Source: Candidatus Kaiserbacteria bacterium (GTDB taxonomy: Bacteria; Patescibacteriota; Minisyncoccia; Phycocordibacterales; Phycocordibacteraceae). Taken from it: a stretch of 64,000 nucleotides of DNA. The notes beneath the pieces were generated by a model. That model had not been told where the DNA came from and made no database searches. It was given only the letters and a program-made list of their open reading frames with translations. Positions 28,679-38,538 of the stretch are shown here, piece after piece. The translations under genes and the position numbers were made by a program. Where the stretch lies: NCBI GenBank assembly GCA_026396675.1, contig JAPLWI010000013.1, positions 1,218 to 65,217 on the forward strand, in the 5' to 3' direction. Position 1 is the stretch's first letter. Each line of letters starts with the position of its first letter.

Positions 28679-30156
28679 GATTCAACAGGAATAAAAGAAA
28701 TAAGTTCGTCGCCATGAGCTGCATCACCGCGCGTTTCAATTTCAATACCAAATTCACCATCGGTTTTTATCTCTTTTACATTTGAACGTGCCTGTTGAAG
28801 GTTCAATATCTTTCCTCGCGCAATTTCTGTATCGCGTCGCACTATTTTTATGTGATTACCAACAGTAAAAATTCCGGATACAGAGCGTACACCAAGCACT
28901 TGTTTTTTTGCACTGGAAGAAAATATCTTCAGCACAGTCGCTCGTCCTAATTCCTTCTCAATTGTAATCGCTGGTACACGCGCTTCCAGGAGTTCGGCTA
29001 CTTTTTCTGAAAGTTCATAGATGATTGAAAAGGGAAGGATAACAACCGCATCGCGTTCAGCGAGCTCATTAGCGATTGTGTCTGTTCCCACATGGAACGC
29101 GATAATGACACCGCCAGAAGCATGAGCGACCTTCACATCGTTTTCAGAAACACTGCCAACTCCGGAAGCAACGACGCGGACCACACCGCGCTCGTGGGTA
29201 ATTTTTGTCAGTTCGTGGAGAATCGCGTCAATTGAACCGGCGACATCTGCTTTCACTACAATAGGCAATTCGGTAATTCCTTCTGTCGCTGCACCGCGTT
29301 CATTTGTCGTTGTAAATTCTTTCGCTCCGCCAGCTGGCGGATGTTTCGCGAGAGCTTCCGCTCCTTTTTTATTTTCCACGATGCTGAAAAGTGATCCGGA
29401 AGGCGGCAAGGTGTTGAACCCTGAAATGCGTGCCGGTTCCGAAGGACCTACTTCTTCAACTCGTTTACCGAGAAAGTTTTCAATAAAACGGATAGGCGCG
29501 TATGCGTTGCCGGCCACAACAAAACCATCCTTCGTGAGAGTGCCATCTTTTATAATCAGCGTCGCCGAGCTTCCGCGTTTCGGGTCCTGCATTGATTCTA
29601 GTACGAACCCCTCGGCTGACGCCTCGGGATCGGCGGTGATTTCTAAGAGGTCTGTCGCGAGAAGCACGAGATCAAGAAGTTCCGGTATTCCTTCGCCGGT
29701 TTTTGACGAGATCTGTGTGTATGCAACATCGCCACCGATTCCTTCAAGAAATATTTCATGTTCAAGAAGCGAGGTCTTCGTATGTTCAATGTCTGCATTA
29801 TTTTTATCAATTTTCGTGATGGCGACAATAAAGGGAATTCCCGCATCTTTAATCGCGGCGAGTGCGTCTAGCGTTTGTGGCATCACACCTTCATCTGCCG
29901 CGACGACAAGAATCGCGATATCAGCGGCGGCTGCACCGCGCGCGCGAATTGATTTAAAGGCCTCGTGACCTGGGGTATCAAGAAAAGTAATTGGTCGACC
30001 ATTGTGGAGTGCAATGTAGGCGGAGACATGTTGCGTAATGCCACCTGCCTCGCCAGCAACAACATTCGCTTTTCGAATGTAGTCCAAGAGCGACGATTTG
30101 CCGTGGTCTATATGACCCATCACCGCGATGATGGGCGGTCGTGCGATTCTCGCCAT
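28675..30156 (-). CDS. infB: translation initiation factor IF-2 (short, lacks N-domain)
   Basis: GHIDHGKS, EAGGITQH, DTPGHEAF, KADVAGS. Confidence 0.97.
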   Translation of the reverse strand: MARIARPPIIAVMGHIDHGKSSLLDYIRKANVVAGEAGGITQHVSAYIALHNGRPITFLDTPGHEAFKSIRARGAAAADIAILVVAADEGVMPQTLDALAAIKDAGIPFIVAITKIDKNNADIEHTKTSLLEHEIFLEGIGGDVAYTQISSKTGEGIPELLDLVLLATDLLEITADPEASAEGFVLESMQDPKRGSSATLIIKDGTLTKDGFVVAGNAYAPIRFIENFLGKRVEEVGPSEPARISGFNTLPPSGSLFSIVENKKGAEALAKHPPAGGAKEFTTTNERGAATEGITELPIVVKADVAGSIDAILHELTKITHERGVVRVVASGVGSVSENDVKVAHASGGVIIAFHVGTDTIANELAERDAVVILPFSIIYELSEKVAELLEARVPAITIEKELGRATVLKIFSSSAKKQVLGVRSVSGIFTVGNHIKIVRRDTEIARGKILNLQQARSNVKEIKTDGEFGIEIETRGDAAHGDELISFIPVES

Positions 30157-30200
30157 AATGTGGTTATTTCATCACAAAAACTGCTCAATTGCAATCGTAC

Positions 30201-30302
30201 TCAAAAAATAAAAACACCCACTGAGGAGTGAATCTTATCCTCAGTGGGCAGTGCGTTCCCACCACAACAGTGGGCTACTCTTGGTATCATAAATCTTTTC
30301 AT
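30201..30302 (-). CDS. 33-aa small ORF MKRFMIPRVAHCCGGNALPTEDKIHSSVGVFIF
   Basis: AAAGGAGGTGA SD; 3' end overlaps a terminator hairpin. Confidence 0.4.
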   Translation of the reverse strand: MKRFMIPRVAHCCGGNALPTEDKIHSSVGVFIF

Positions 30303-30338
30303 ATTCTCACCTCCTTTCTGTTTAATAGAATATCACAA

Positions 30339-31256
30339 TTACGACAAATAACCCTTTAATATTTCCGCTGACTTTTGAAGTTTTTCTATTTCAGAAGGTT
30401 CCAATTCAATATTCCATAATTCTTTAACTCCGCTTCTGTTTATGACCGACGGTACGCCCATGCAAATATCATTGACGCCGTTCCAATTATCTACCAGTGT
30501 GGATACGGCAATAATTTTATTTTCATCAAGCAATATCGTTTGGACCAAATCAGCGACCACCGACGCTATGCCGTAGAAAGTCGCGCCTTTTTTAGAAATG
30601 ATGTTGTAGGCCTCTTGTTTTACATCGTTTTCTATCTTTTCAAATATTGCTGGGTCTGTGACTACTTTTTTGATATCAGAACCGCCGACCTTCACCGTGC
30701 TCCACGCGATGAAACCACTGTCGCCATGCTCTCCGAGAACGAAGCCCTCTACATCCGAAGCGTTTACATTCAGCATTTCACTCAATTCACTTTTTAGCCG
30801 CGCCGTATCGAGGCCAGTGCCTGTTCCGAGTACTTGGTTTTTTGCCAATCCAGAAACCTCTTGTGCGAGAAAAGTCATCACGTCGACAGGGTTCGTTACC
30901 ATTATTATAATCGCCGATTCTTTTATCTGAGTTATTTGGGCGAAGATGGATTGGACGATGTCTTTATTCTTTTTTGTAAGATCAAGTCGCGTTTCTCCTG
31001 ATTTTTGGGGGAGGCCGGCCGTGATTATGATGATATCGGCATCCGACGCATCTTTAAAATCACCTCTCTTTATCTCTCCGGTCTCAACGAAAGGCAGTGC
31101 GTCATGCATATCCATCACTTCTCCTTCTTCGCGCGTCTCGTTTACGTCTATCAAAACGATTTCGGAAGCGAGGTTCTTTAAGAGAAGGGTATAGGCAACC
31201 GTTGATCCGACCGAACCAGCTCCGATAACGGCTATTTTTTCAGCATGCGTATTCAT
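30339..31256 (-). CDS. ldh: L-lactate dehydrogenase
   Basis: GAGSVG, TAG.PQK.GETRLDL, NPVD, GT.LDTAR, GEHGDS, KGATFYGI. Confidence 0.93.
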   Translation of the reverse strand: MNTHAEKIAVIGAGSVGSTVAYTLLLKNLASEIVLIDVNETREEGEVMDMHDALPFVETGEIKRGDFKDASDADIIIITAGLPQKSGETRLDLTKKNKDIVQSIFAQITQIKESAIIIMVTNPVDVMTFLAQEVSGLAKNQVLGTGTGLDTARLKSELSEMLNVNASDVEGFVLGEHGDSGFIAWSTVKVGGSDIKKVVTDPAIFEKIENDVKQEAYNIISKKGATFYGIASVVADLVQTILLDENKIIAVSTLVDNWNGVNDICMGVPSVINRSGVKELWNIELEPSEIEKLQKSAEILKGYLS

Positions 31257-31265
31257 GTAGGTATT

Positions 31266-32567
31266 TTACACGGTTTCAGCTTCGCGTTCGATGGCGAGCA
31301 GACGTTCATATTTCACTATACGTTCACGCTGGCCGAATCCGCCGGCTTTAAGGCCGTGGGCGCCGATGCCGTAGGCGAAGTCCGCGATGAAAGTGTCCAT
31401 CGTCTCTCCCGAGCGATGCGAAGCGACGGCCTTAAAGCCGGCGGTATAAGTCGCTTGCACCGCTTCAAGCGCTTCTTTCACAGTACCGATTTGATTCGGT
31501 TTTATGAGCACCGCATTTATTTCTTTATTTTTTGCTGCGTCTTTAATGCGCGCCGGGCTTGTAACCGTGAGATCGTCGCCGATAATGAGAATGTTGTTGT
31601 CGAGAGATGCGGTTAGTCGTGCAAAATCATCGCCGGCATTTTCAGTAAACGGATCTTCAATACTATGAATGGGGAATTGCGAAGCGAGGCCTTGATACAC
31701 ATTTGTAAGCTCGTCGGGCGAGTATGATTTTCCGAGCAATTCGTATGCGCCGTTTTTGAATAATTCACTCGCGGCGGCATCAATCGCAATCTTTACATTC
31801 GGGAATTCTTTTATGAGTTCGGTAAGAATTTCAAACGGTTGTTCAAGCGTCTCAAATATCGGTGCATAGCCGCCTTCGTCGCCCATCGGCGTGCCGTCTC
31901 CAAGTCGCTCTCCAAGCTTTGCGAATAATTCTTGTGCGATAGGAAAGGCAGCGCTTGTTTTTCCTTCAACAACCAAAAGATATTCTTGAAAAGGAAGTTT
32001 GAAATCAGCGTGCCCAGACACCAAATTTGGCATTGTCCCTTCGGGACGCGCTTCGCGCGATGCCAAAATTGGTGTATGGGCGTGTGCGCCGCCATTCATA
32101 ACGTTGACGAATAATCGCGGTGCAGACGACGTCGTTCCCGCGCGCTTCGCGATAGATTTCCAGGGCGGAATATCTTCAAGCATCGCGGAAAGCCGCATCG
32201 CGGCGATAGAGACCGAGAGAATTGCGTTGGCGCCAAGCCGTGACTTATCAGGCGTACCGTCAAGATTGATAAGAAATGAATCAAGTTCATCAAGCGAATT
32301 GAAATCGTGGTCTATAAGTGCATTCGCAATCTCGCCATTTACATTTTCGATTGCGCGCGCAACACTGCCGTCAGAGTCGCGCAATTCGCACGCTTCATAC
32401 GAGCCCGTACTTTTACCCGATGGTACAGATGCCGTAGCGCGCAACAAGGTTCGACCTTGAGGATTCGGATTTAAGGTCGAACCTTGTTGCGCGTCGAGTG
32501 TCGTTTCTACCGTCGGTTTCCCGCGTGTGTCCAGAATTGATCGTGCCTCTATGTGGTCAATGCGCAT
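31266..32567 (-). CDS. eno: enolase (with two in-frame palindromic insertions)
   Basis: VPSGKSTG, LGANAIL, GDEGG, GDDL, KPNQIG, SHRSGET. Confidence 0.95.
   Translation of the reverse strand: MRIDHIEARSILDTRGKPTVETTLDAQQGSTLNPNPQGRTLLRATASVPSGKSTGSYEACELRDSDGSVARAIENVNGEIANALIDHDFNSLDELDSFLINLDGTPDKSRLGANAILSVSIAAMRLSAMLEDIPPWKSIAKRAGTTSSAPRLFVNVMNGGAHAHTPILASREARPEGTMPNLVSGHADFKLPFQEYLLVVEGKTSAAFPIAQELFAKLGERLGDGTPMGDEGGYAPIFETLEQPFEILTELIKEFPNVKIAIDAAASELFKNGAYELLGKSYSPDELTNVYQGLASQFPIHSIEDPFTENAGDDFARLTASLDNNILIIGDDLTVTSPARIKDAAKNKEINAVLIKPNQIGTVKEALEAVQATYTAGFKAVASHRSGETMDTFIADFAYGIGAHGLKAGGFGQRERIVKYERLLAIEREAETV
32013..32080. mobile_element. 68-bp TIR element in frame in eno, 4-bp CGTG duplication
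   Basis: 21-bp IR with 2 mismatches; removing it plus one CGTG restores NGGAHAD. Confidence 0.8.
32438..32493. repeat. REP-like palindrome in frame in eno (QQGSTLNPNPQGRTLL)
   Basis: CGCGCAACAAGGTTCGACCTT...AAGGTCGAACCTTGTTGCGCG. Confidence 0.8.
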
Positions 32568-32571
32568 ATTT

Positions 32572-34959
32572 CTATTTGCCGAGCCTTTCCTCAACCTCGG
32601 CGATATTTTCGAGCGTTTTCACTACCGAATCAGGATTGAGCGACATGCTCGGAATACCTTCCTTGACGAGAAATTCTGCGAAATCAGGAAGATCAGAAGG
32701 TCCTTGTCCGCAAATACCAAGATATTTTCCGCGCGCCGTGCACTTCCGAATAATCATACTAATCAGCGCACGCACTGACTCGTCATTTTCATTTCCGATA
32801 TGCGTTACGATACCGGAATCACGATCAAGCCCGAGTGTGAGTTGTGTGAGGTCATTACTCCCGATAGACATACCGTCAAAGAGATCCAAAAATTCTTCGG
32901 CGAGAATAACGTTGGACGGTATTTCACACATCATGTAAATCGGTTTTTTGATGCCGTTCTTTTTCATAATGCCGAGCACCTGTTCCGCTTCTGCCACTGT
33001 GCGACAGAAAGGAACCATAGGGATAACATTATTTAGTCCCATTTCTTCCCTGACTTTTACGAGTGCGCGGCATTCAAGCACAAAAGCATCTTTAAACTTT
33101 GGATCGTAATATCGAGACGCGCCTCGCCACCCAATCATCGGATTTTCTTCTTTTGGCTCGTATGCCTCGCCACCGAGCAGTGTCGCATACTCATTTGTCT
33201 TGAAGTCGGAAAAGCGCACAATCACAGGTCGCGGTGCAAATGCTGCAGCAATCTTCGCGATGCCGTAGGCAAGATTATCAATATAGAAGTCAACAGGATT
33301 ATTCCATCCTGTAATTTTTTTCTGGATAGCAGTGCGCAGTTTCGGCGCAAGTTTTTTGAAATGGAGAATCGCGAGCGGATGAATGCCGATGGCAGACGCG
33401 ATGATAAACTCCTCACGTGCGAGCCCGACGCCTTTTACTGGCAGAAATGAATTTTCAAAGGCGATGTCAGGCGAGGCGATATTCACCATAATTTTCGTCT
33501 TGGTCTTCGGTAGGGTACCGATGTCGTGTTCTCGCGTAGTTATTTTCGCTTTACCTGCCGTAATGATGCCGACACTTCCCGTCGTGTCCACAGTGACGAC
33601 CGTTCCCGTTTTTAATACCTTTGTCGCATTGCCAGTTCCGACAACCGCCGGCAGTCCGAATTCGCGCGAGACAATAGCTGCATGGCTCGTGCGCCCTCCG
33701 TGATCTGTAATGATTGCGGACGCCATTTTCATAATCTGTTCCCAATCGGGATCGGTCATTGTCGTCACCAATATTTCGCCCTCTTTAAATTCTTTTATCT
33801 GCTTTGGGCTCATGATTATGCGTGTTGTCCCTGTTGTAACCTTCGAGCCGACCGATATTCCCTGTACAAGCGTCTTCCCTTGACCTGTCACTTTATATTC
33901 AACGAGCTTCGAGAAGTCGCGTACGGCCTGCACCGTCTCGGGCCGCGCCTGCACGATGTAGAGTTCATTCGTCTTACCGTCGCGCGCCCATTCCATATCC
34001 ATCGGCATCCACGCCTTCGCTCGTTCGGAATAATGCTTTTCAATAAGCGCGCCCCAGCGTGCGAGCTCCACAACTTCTTCTTCAGAAAGGACGAAACGAT
34101 TTTGTTCTGTTGTGCTCGTTTTTACCACCTTGGTTTGTATGACGCCCATTTTCCCATGTGCATAGAGCATTTTCTTATTCTTCACGCCGAGTGTTTTGCT
34201 GATAATCGGATTTTTCGCTGTGCCGATTTTTGATTTCATCACGAGATGTTCATCGGGAGTCACATGACCTTGTACAATCATTTCGCCAAGACCCCACACG
34301 GAATTAATAATTACCAAATCGCGGAATCCGCTTTCAGTATCAACGGTAAACATAATGCCCGATGCACCGAGGTCGCTACGCACCATTTTCTGCACGCCGA
34401 CCGAAAGGGCAACCTTCGTGTGGGCGAATCCTTTATCGGTACGATATGAGATAGCGCGGTCGGTGAAGAGTGATGCCATTGCCCACGTCACTGCTCGAGA
34501 GACATCCCTTGTTCCGCGAATATTCAAATAGGTCTCGTGCTCACCGGCAAAAGAGGCGCCGGCGAGATCTTCGGTGGTCGCGCTCGAACGCACGGCGACA
34601 TCGACATTCTTTCCATACTGCTTCTCCATCTGTGCATATGCTCTCGCAATTTCTTTTCCCAAATCGGCTGGAAACGCGGCGGTGCGGATGGCATCGCGTA
34701 TTAATTTCGCGCGGCGCGAGAGCTCTGGTAAGTTTTTCGTATTCAATCCATCAAGCGTTTTAGAAATAAACGAATCAAGGCCGGTTTGTTTTAAAAAGTA
34801 GTAATAAGCTGCGGCAGTGACACAAAACCCATCGGGTACGCGCACTCCCTGCGGCACCACAGAACGAATCATCTCCCCGAGCGATGCATTCTTTCCGCCG
34901 ACCTGCGGGACATCATCCATACCGATGTCGTGCATCCAAAGAATGTAAGGGGAAGTCAT
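32572..34959 (-). CDS. ppsA: phosphoenolpyruvate synthase
   Basis: VGGKNASLGEM, AVRSSA, QARPET, GGRTSHAAI, SIGSNDLTQ. Confidence 0.97.
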   Translation of the reverse strand: MTSPYILWMHDIGMDDVPQVGGKNASLGEMIRSVVPQGVRVPDGFCVTAAAYYYFLKQTGLDSFISKTLDGLNTKNLPELSRRAKLIRDAIRTAAFPADLGKEIARAYAQMEKQYGKNVDVAVRSSATTEDLAGASFAGEHETYLNIRGTRDVSRAVTWAMASLFTDRAISYRTDKGFAHTKVALSVGVQKMVRSDLGASGIMFTVDTESGFRDLVIINSVWGLGEMIVQGHVTPDEHLVMKSKIGTAKNPIISKTLGVKNKKMLYAHGKMGVIQTKVVKTSTTEQNRFVLSEEEVVELARWGALIEKHYSERAKAWMPMDMEWARDGKTNELYIVQARPETVQAVRDFSKLVEYKVTGQGKTLVQGISVGSKVTTGTTRIIMSPKQIKEFKEGEILVTTMTDPDWEQIMKMASAIITDHGGRTSHAAIVSREFGLPAVVGTGNATKVLKTGTVVTVDTTGSVGIITAGKAKITTREHDIGTLPKTKTKIMVNIASPDIAFENSFLPVKGVGLAREEFIIASAIGIHPLAILHFKKLAPKLRTAIQKKITGWNNPVDFYIDNLAYGIAKIAAAFAPRPVIVRFSDFKTNEYATLLGGEAYEPKEENPMIGWRGASRYYDPKFKDAFVLECRALVKVREEMGLNNVIPMVPFCRTVAEAEQVLGIMKKNGIKKPIYMMCEIPSNVILAEEFLDLFDGMSIGSNDLTQLTLGLDRDSGIVTHIGNENDESVRALISMIIRKCTARGKYLGICGQGPSDLPDFAEFLVKEGIPSMSLNPDSVVKTLENIAEVEERLGK

Positions 34960-34967
34960 AAATAAAA

Positions 34968-36290
34968 TTATTTTTTAAGCGCAATAATAAGATCAGACAC
35001 GTTGGATCCAGTATAACCTGTTATGAGTGCATCGCCGGTTTTAGAGAAAAAATCATACGAACGGTGCGCATCAAGATATTCTTTTACCGAAAGTTTGTGT
35101 ATATCGGCATGAGCGCGCGAGACGATATCTCCAATTGCTCCCGCATGATCAGTATTGTCGTGTCCGTCAGAGGCGAATGGCAAAATAAGTTCATCGTCGC
35201 GAATGTCTGAAAGGGTAGCGAGTGCCATTTCCTGATTCCTTCCACCAATTCCTTGGCTTTCGTTAAGTGTGACAGTGCTTTCGCCAGCGTAAAGCAAAGC
35301 AGTTTTCGGTTGCGCATCATGAAGCTTTTCAATAATGTTGCGACCAACATCACGCGCTTCGCCAGAAAAATGGTCATCCGTAATTTCTGCCTGATAGCCA
35401 CGTTTCGCCGCTTCATTCTGCATAGCGACGAGCGCGTCAGAGCTTGATAGAAAAAGAATATTGGTGACACGTTCAAAATAAGTTACCTCTTTTGGGGTTT
35501 CAATAAGTGAAATATTTTCTGCAGAAGCGATGTCGTATTTCTTAAGAATTTCTTTCGCGTCGGCGACAGTTGAATTGTCTAATATGGTCGGACCGGAAGA
35601 AATAAACTCAATGTCATTTCCCGGGACATCAGAAATGATTAATGAAATAACTTCGGCTGGGTATGCGGCGCGCGCAAGGCCGCCGCCGCGCGCGCTGGAA
35701 ATGTGTTTCCGCACGATATTCATGTCTTGTATCGGCGCGCCACGCGAAGTCAGTTCTTTAAATAAGGCGCTTTCACCCAGCACCAAATCAGATTTGGTAC
35801 TGGGCTCATCCGCGTATGTCATCGGTGATTCTGGAAGACAGAGTAGGGTAGAGCCGCCGCCTGAAATAACCATAATGACCAAATCGTCTTCGCGGCGGTC
35901 TGAAAGAAATTCAATAATGCGTTTTGTCGCTTCTACATTTTTCTCACTCGGCAATGGATGTGAACCGATGATCGCCTCGATTTTTTTCAATTTCTGTTCA
36001 TGAGATGAGACATCAAGCGCAATGCCGCCCGCGAGAGAGTCGCCAAAGATTTTTTCAATTTCTTCTGCCGCAACAAGAGCGCACTTGCCGACACCGACGA
36101 AAAACACTCGTCGTCCCGCAAGGCGACACCTTGCTGGATCTAATATAAGCTCATCGTTTTCGATACGGAGTTTGTTTCGCAATGCATTGCCAACATTGAT
36201 TGCCTCATATCCCGCTTCGGCTATCGCGAGCGCGTCGCGACGCAAACTATTTTCCGCAAGCGTGTCAAAGTTCTGTATGACTCGTCCCAT
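34968..36290 (-). CDS. glycerate 2-kinase (MOFRL/TtuD type)
   Basis: GKCA, ISGGGS, RKHIS...GG.LA, ISDV.G, SGPT, GGRNQE, TGSNVSD. Confidence 0.9.
   Translation of the reverse strand: MGRVIQNFDTLAENSLRRDALAIAEAGYEAINVGNALRNKLRIENDELILDPARCRLAGRRVFFVGVGKCALVAAEEIEKIFGDSLAGGIALDVSSHEQKLKKIEAIIGSHPLPSEKNVEATKRIIEFLSDRREDDLVIMVISGGGSTLLCLPESPMTYADEPSTKSDLVLGESALFKELTSRGAPIQDMNIVRKHISSARGGGLARAAYPAEVISLIISDVPGNDIEFISSGPTILDNSTVADAKEILKKYDIASAENISLIETPKEVTYFERVTNILFLSSSDALVAMQNEAAKRGYQAEITDDHFSGEARDVGRNIIEKLHDAQPKTALLYAGESTVTLNESQGIGGRNQEMALATLSDIRDDELILPFASDGHDNTDHAGAIGDIVSRAHADIHKLSVKEYLDAHRSYDFFSKTGDALITGYTGSNVSDLIIALKK
35776..35804. repeat. 29-bp palindrome in frame in glycerate kinase (PSTKSDLVLGE)
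   Basis: CCCAGCACCAAAT/ATTTGGTACTGGG with near-duplicated flanks TTCA/CTCA. Confidence 0.75.
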
Positions 36291-36351
36291 GCGTGTCAGT
36301 ATAACAAAGAGATTGTCTGATAGGGGTGCGTTTGGTACTGTTTCTGTATTC

Positions 36352-36426
36352 GCCGGTGTAGTTCAAGAGTTAGAACGAGGGACTCATAAACCCTAGACGG
36401 TGGCGCGACTCCACCCGCCGGCACCA
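36352..36426 (+). tRNA. tRNA-CAT (elongator Met or Ile2)
   Basis: loop CT-CAT-AA, encoded CCA, atypical T loop. Confidence 0.85.
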
Positions 36427-36489
36427 AGACATTTTTAGGAAATTTTGGTAGGATTAATGTACGTCAGAGAAAGAAACTTGACAAATAAT

Positions 36490-36561
36490 GCGGCTGTAGC
36501 TCAACGGTAGAGCGCCACCCTGTCACGGTGGAGGTCGTGGGCCCAACACCCATCAGCCGCG
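36490..36561 (+). tRNA. tRNA-Asp(GTC)
   Basis: CCACC-CTGTCAC-GGTGG; atypical T loop CCCAACA. Confidence 0.88.
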
Positions 36562-36666
36562 CAACACTTGCATTTTTTGGAGAGGTGTGCTATAGTCAAA
36601 ACAGGCGGTATTTGGGTAGCCAAATGCCTTAGTTCTTTCCGCCAAATAAAATAAAGGAGGTGCCAG

Positions 36667-37257
36667 ATGGCGCTCAACACAACGAATCACCCGATTCGCT
36701 GGAAAGAGCGAATCGGCATCATTGCAACAGGACATGCAGCGAAATTGACCGAGAGCTTGCTCTTCGATCATTTCCTGTATGGTGTGGTCGTCAATTATCT
36801 GACGATCACATACGGGTGGATGTGGGGAGCAGTCGCTTCTTTCTTGGTGATGTCTCCCATATCCGCCCTCGAATGTCGTGGTCTTATCCTTTTGTATGAC
36901 TGGGCAAAGAAAGATTTCTTCGGCTTCGAGAAAGCGAAGGAATTCTGCGACGAACTCTCGAAAGGTGGAAAGTGGAAGAGATTTCTCAATTCACTTATCC
37001 GCTTGAGTGATGTTCTAGCATTCTTTATTCTCTCAACGATATATCCAGGAGCCGATCCATTTTTGGCAACTATATATCTACGAAAGGGAGCAGAGGAGTA
37101 CAACGGAATGACGAAGCGGGACTGGAAGATCTTCTGGGCAGCGGTTGTTGTAGCGAATGGCTACTGGACACTACGATGGACAGTGTTCGTGGCACTCTTC
37201 TGGATTTTTTTATGGCCAGTGCTTATCAAACCTATGGTTCACTGGCTAGGTTTCTAA
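36667..37257 (+). CDS. hypothetical membrane protein
   Basis: TTGCAT..TATAGT promoter, AAGGAGGTG SD, TM segments, terminator. Confidence 0.75.
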   Translation: MALNTTNHPIRWKERIGIIATGHAAKLTESLLFDHFLYGVVVNYLTITYGWMWGAVASFLVMSPISALECRGLILLYDWAKKDFFGFEKAKEFCDELSKGGKWKRFLNSLIRLSDVLAFFILSTIYPGADPFLATIYLRKGAEEYNGMTKRDWKIFWAAVVVANGYWTLRWTVFVALFWIFLWPVLIKPMVHWLGF

Positions 37258-37323
37258 CCCGGCGGCTTTGCACACGCATTGCCGCCGGTTTTTCTTTTTG
37301 CACTTGCGTGGTATAAGTAAAGT

Positions 37324-37698
37324 ATGGATGTAGAAACAAAACAACCGATTCCTTGGATTCTCTGGATCTTGCTTGCCTCGGTGCTCATTATCCTCGGGCA
37401 GAGTATGTACAAAAACTATATTGCGAAGAACTACCCATTTTTTATAGAAGCGTCGTGTGACACAGCGACGAATGAATGTTATGTGCGCAGTTGTGATGTC
37501 GACGGGGACTGCCCGCCGGACAATCTCACCGTATACCGCGTTTTCCAACTTCCTGCCTTTGAATTTAAAAATTGTTCTGATAATTCTTGTTTGAATATTT
37601 GTCCATCCGAGGCACATTCTTGTGAAGAAATAATGTGCTCAACCCAGAGCGACATTTCGTGCGATGGACCAATAGAAGGAACAGCAACTAGTTTATGA
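37324..37698 (+). CDS. membrane-anchored Cys-rich protein
   Basis: N-terminal TM followed by a domain with about 10 Cys. Confidence 0.7.
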   Translation: MDVETKQPIPWILWILLASVLIILGQSMYKNYIAKNYPFFIEASCDTATNECYVRSCDVDGDCPPDNLTVYRVFQLPAFEFKNCSDNSCLNICPSEAHSCEEIMCSTQSDISCDGPIEGTATSL

Positions 37699-38537
37699 CC
37701 AAAGCAAAAGAGTCGGTGCATATTCCGCGTCTTGTACGCCGTTCTATGAATGGTGTGATGCAATTTGACGCGTTCAGTAATCTGTATACAGAACCGCGTA
37801 TCGCGCTCTGGGAATTGAATCAGCGAAGAAAGGATAACGCGCTTAAAAAGGCGGTGCGAGAGAATCTCGGTTCATCTGCGGAAAATTTTCTCAAGAAGTT
37901 TAACCAGCCGCGTGCAGTACTCTTCCGTCAAGTCGCGACTCCAACACACGAAATCATCCGTTTTCTTAAAATCGCCAATAAAATGAATCTTAAACCGCTC
38001 ATTCTCGAGTATCATGATGACAAATTCGTGAGCGCCGAGAATCGCTTTAAGCGATCGCTTGGCAAGATGCCGATTTACCAATACACCGGTTCGGATGGAC
38101 GGGAAATGGTGGAATACGAAACAATATGCAATTTTAATACCTCAACCGGTAAAAAATTTAAGAATATAATCTGTCTTAATGGTGAAAAATTGATTCCTTT
38201 TCATCATCGCTTATTTAGAACGCTTACAGGATTAAATCCAAAAACATATACGGTTGACGGTTCTGACTGGTTCTCGTCGGCGGGGAAGAAAGCAGAATTG
38301 TATTATGAGCAATTCCTCTCATTCTTCATACGAGATGGCATCTTATTTGAGAATTTTATGCCGTTCCGATCAGAAGGCGCTTTTACAAAGACCATAATTT
38401 CACCTGCGTTTGAAAATCTTGAAAAAAAGTACGGAGTAAAACCGCTCATTGTGCGCCTCGCTCCCGAAAAAGAAGAAATGCGTCAATTCTGGGACGCGTA
38501 TCCTAAAAAGATTAAAAAGCATTTGAAGATTGTTTGA
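37695..38537 (+). CDS. hypothetical protein
   Basis: long ORF coupled to its neighbours; no recognisable motif. Confidence 0.75.
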   Translation: MTKAKESVHIPRLVRRSMNGVMQFDAFSNLYTEPRIALWELNQRRKDNALKKAVRENLGSSAENFLKKFNQPRAVLFRQVATPTHEIIRFLKIANKMNLKPLILEYHDDKFVSAENRFKRSLGKMPIYQYTGSDGREMVEYETICNFNTSTGKKFKNIICLNGEKLIPFHHRLFRTLTGLNPKTYTVDGSDWFSSAGKKAELYYEQFLSFFIRDGILFENFMPFRSEGAFTKTIISPAFENLEKKYGVKPLIVRLAPEKEEMRQFWDAYPKKIKKHLKIV

Positions 38538-38538
38538 T

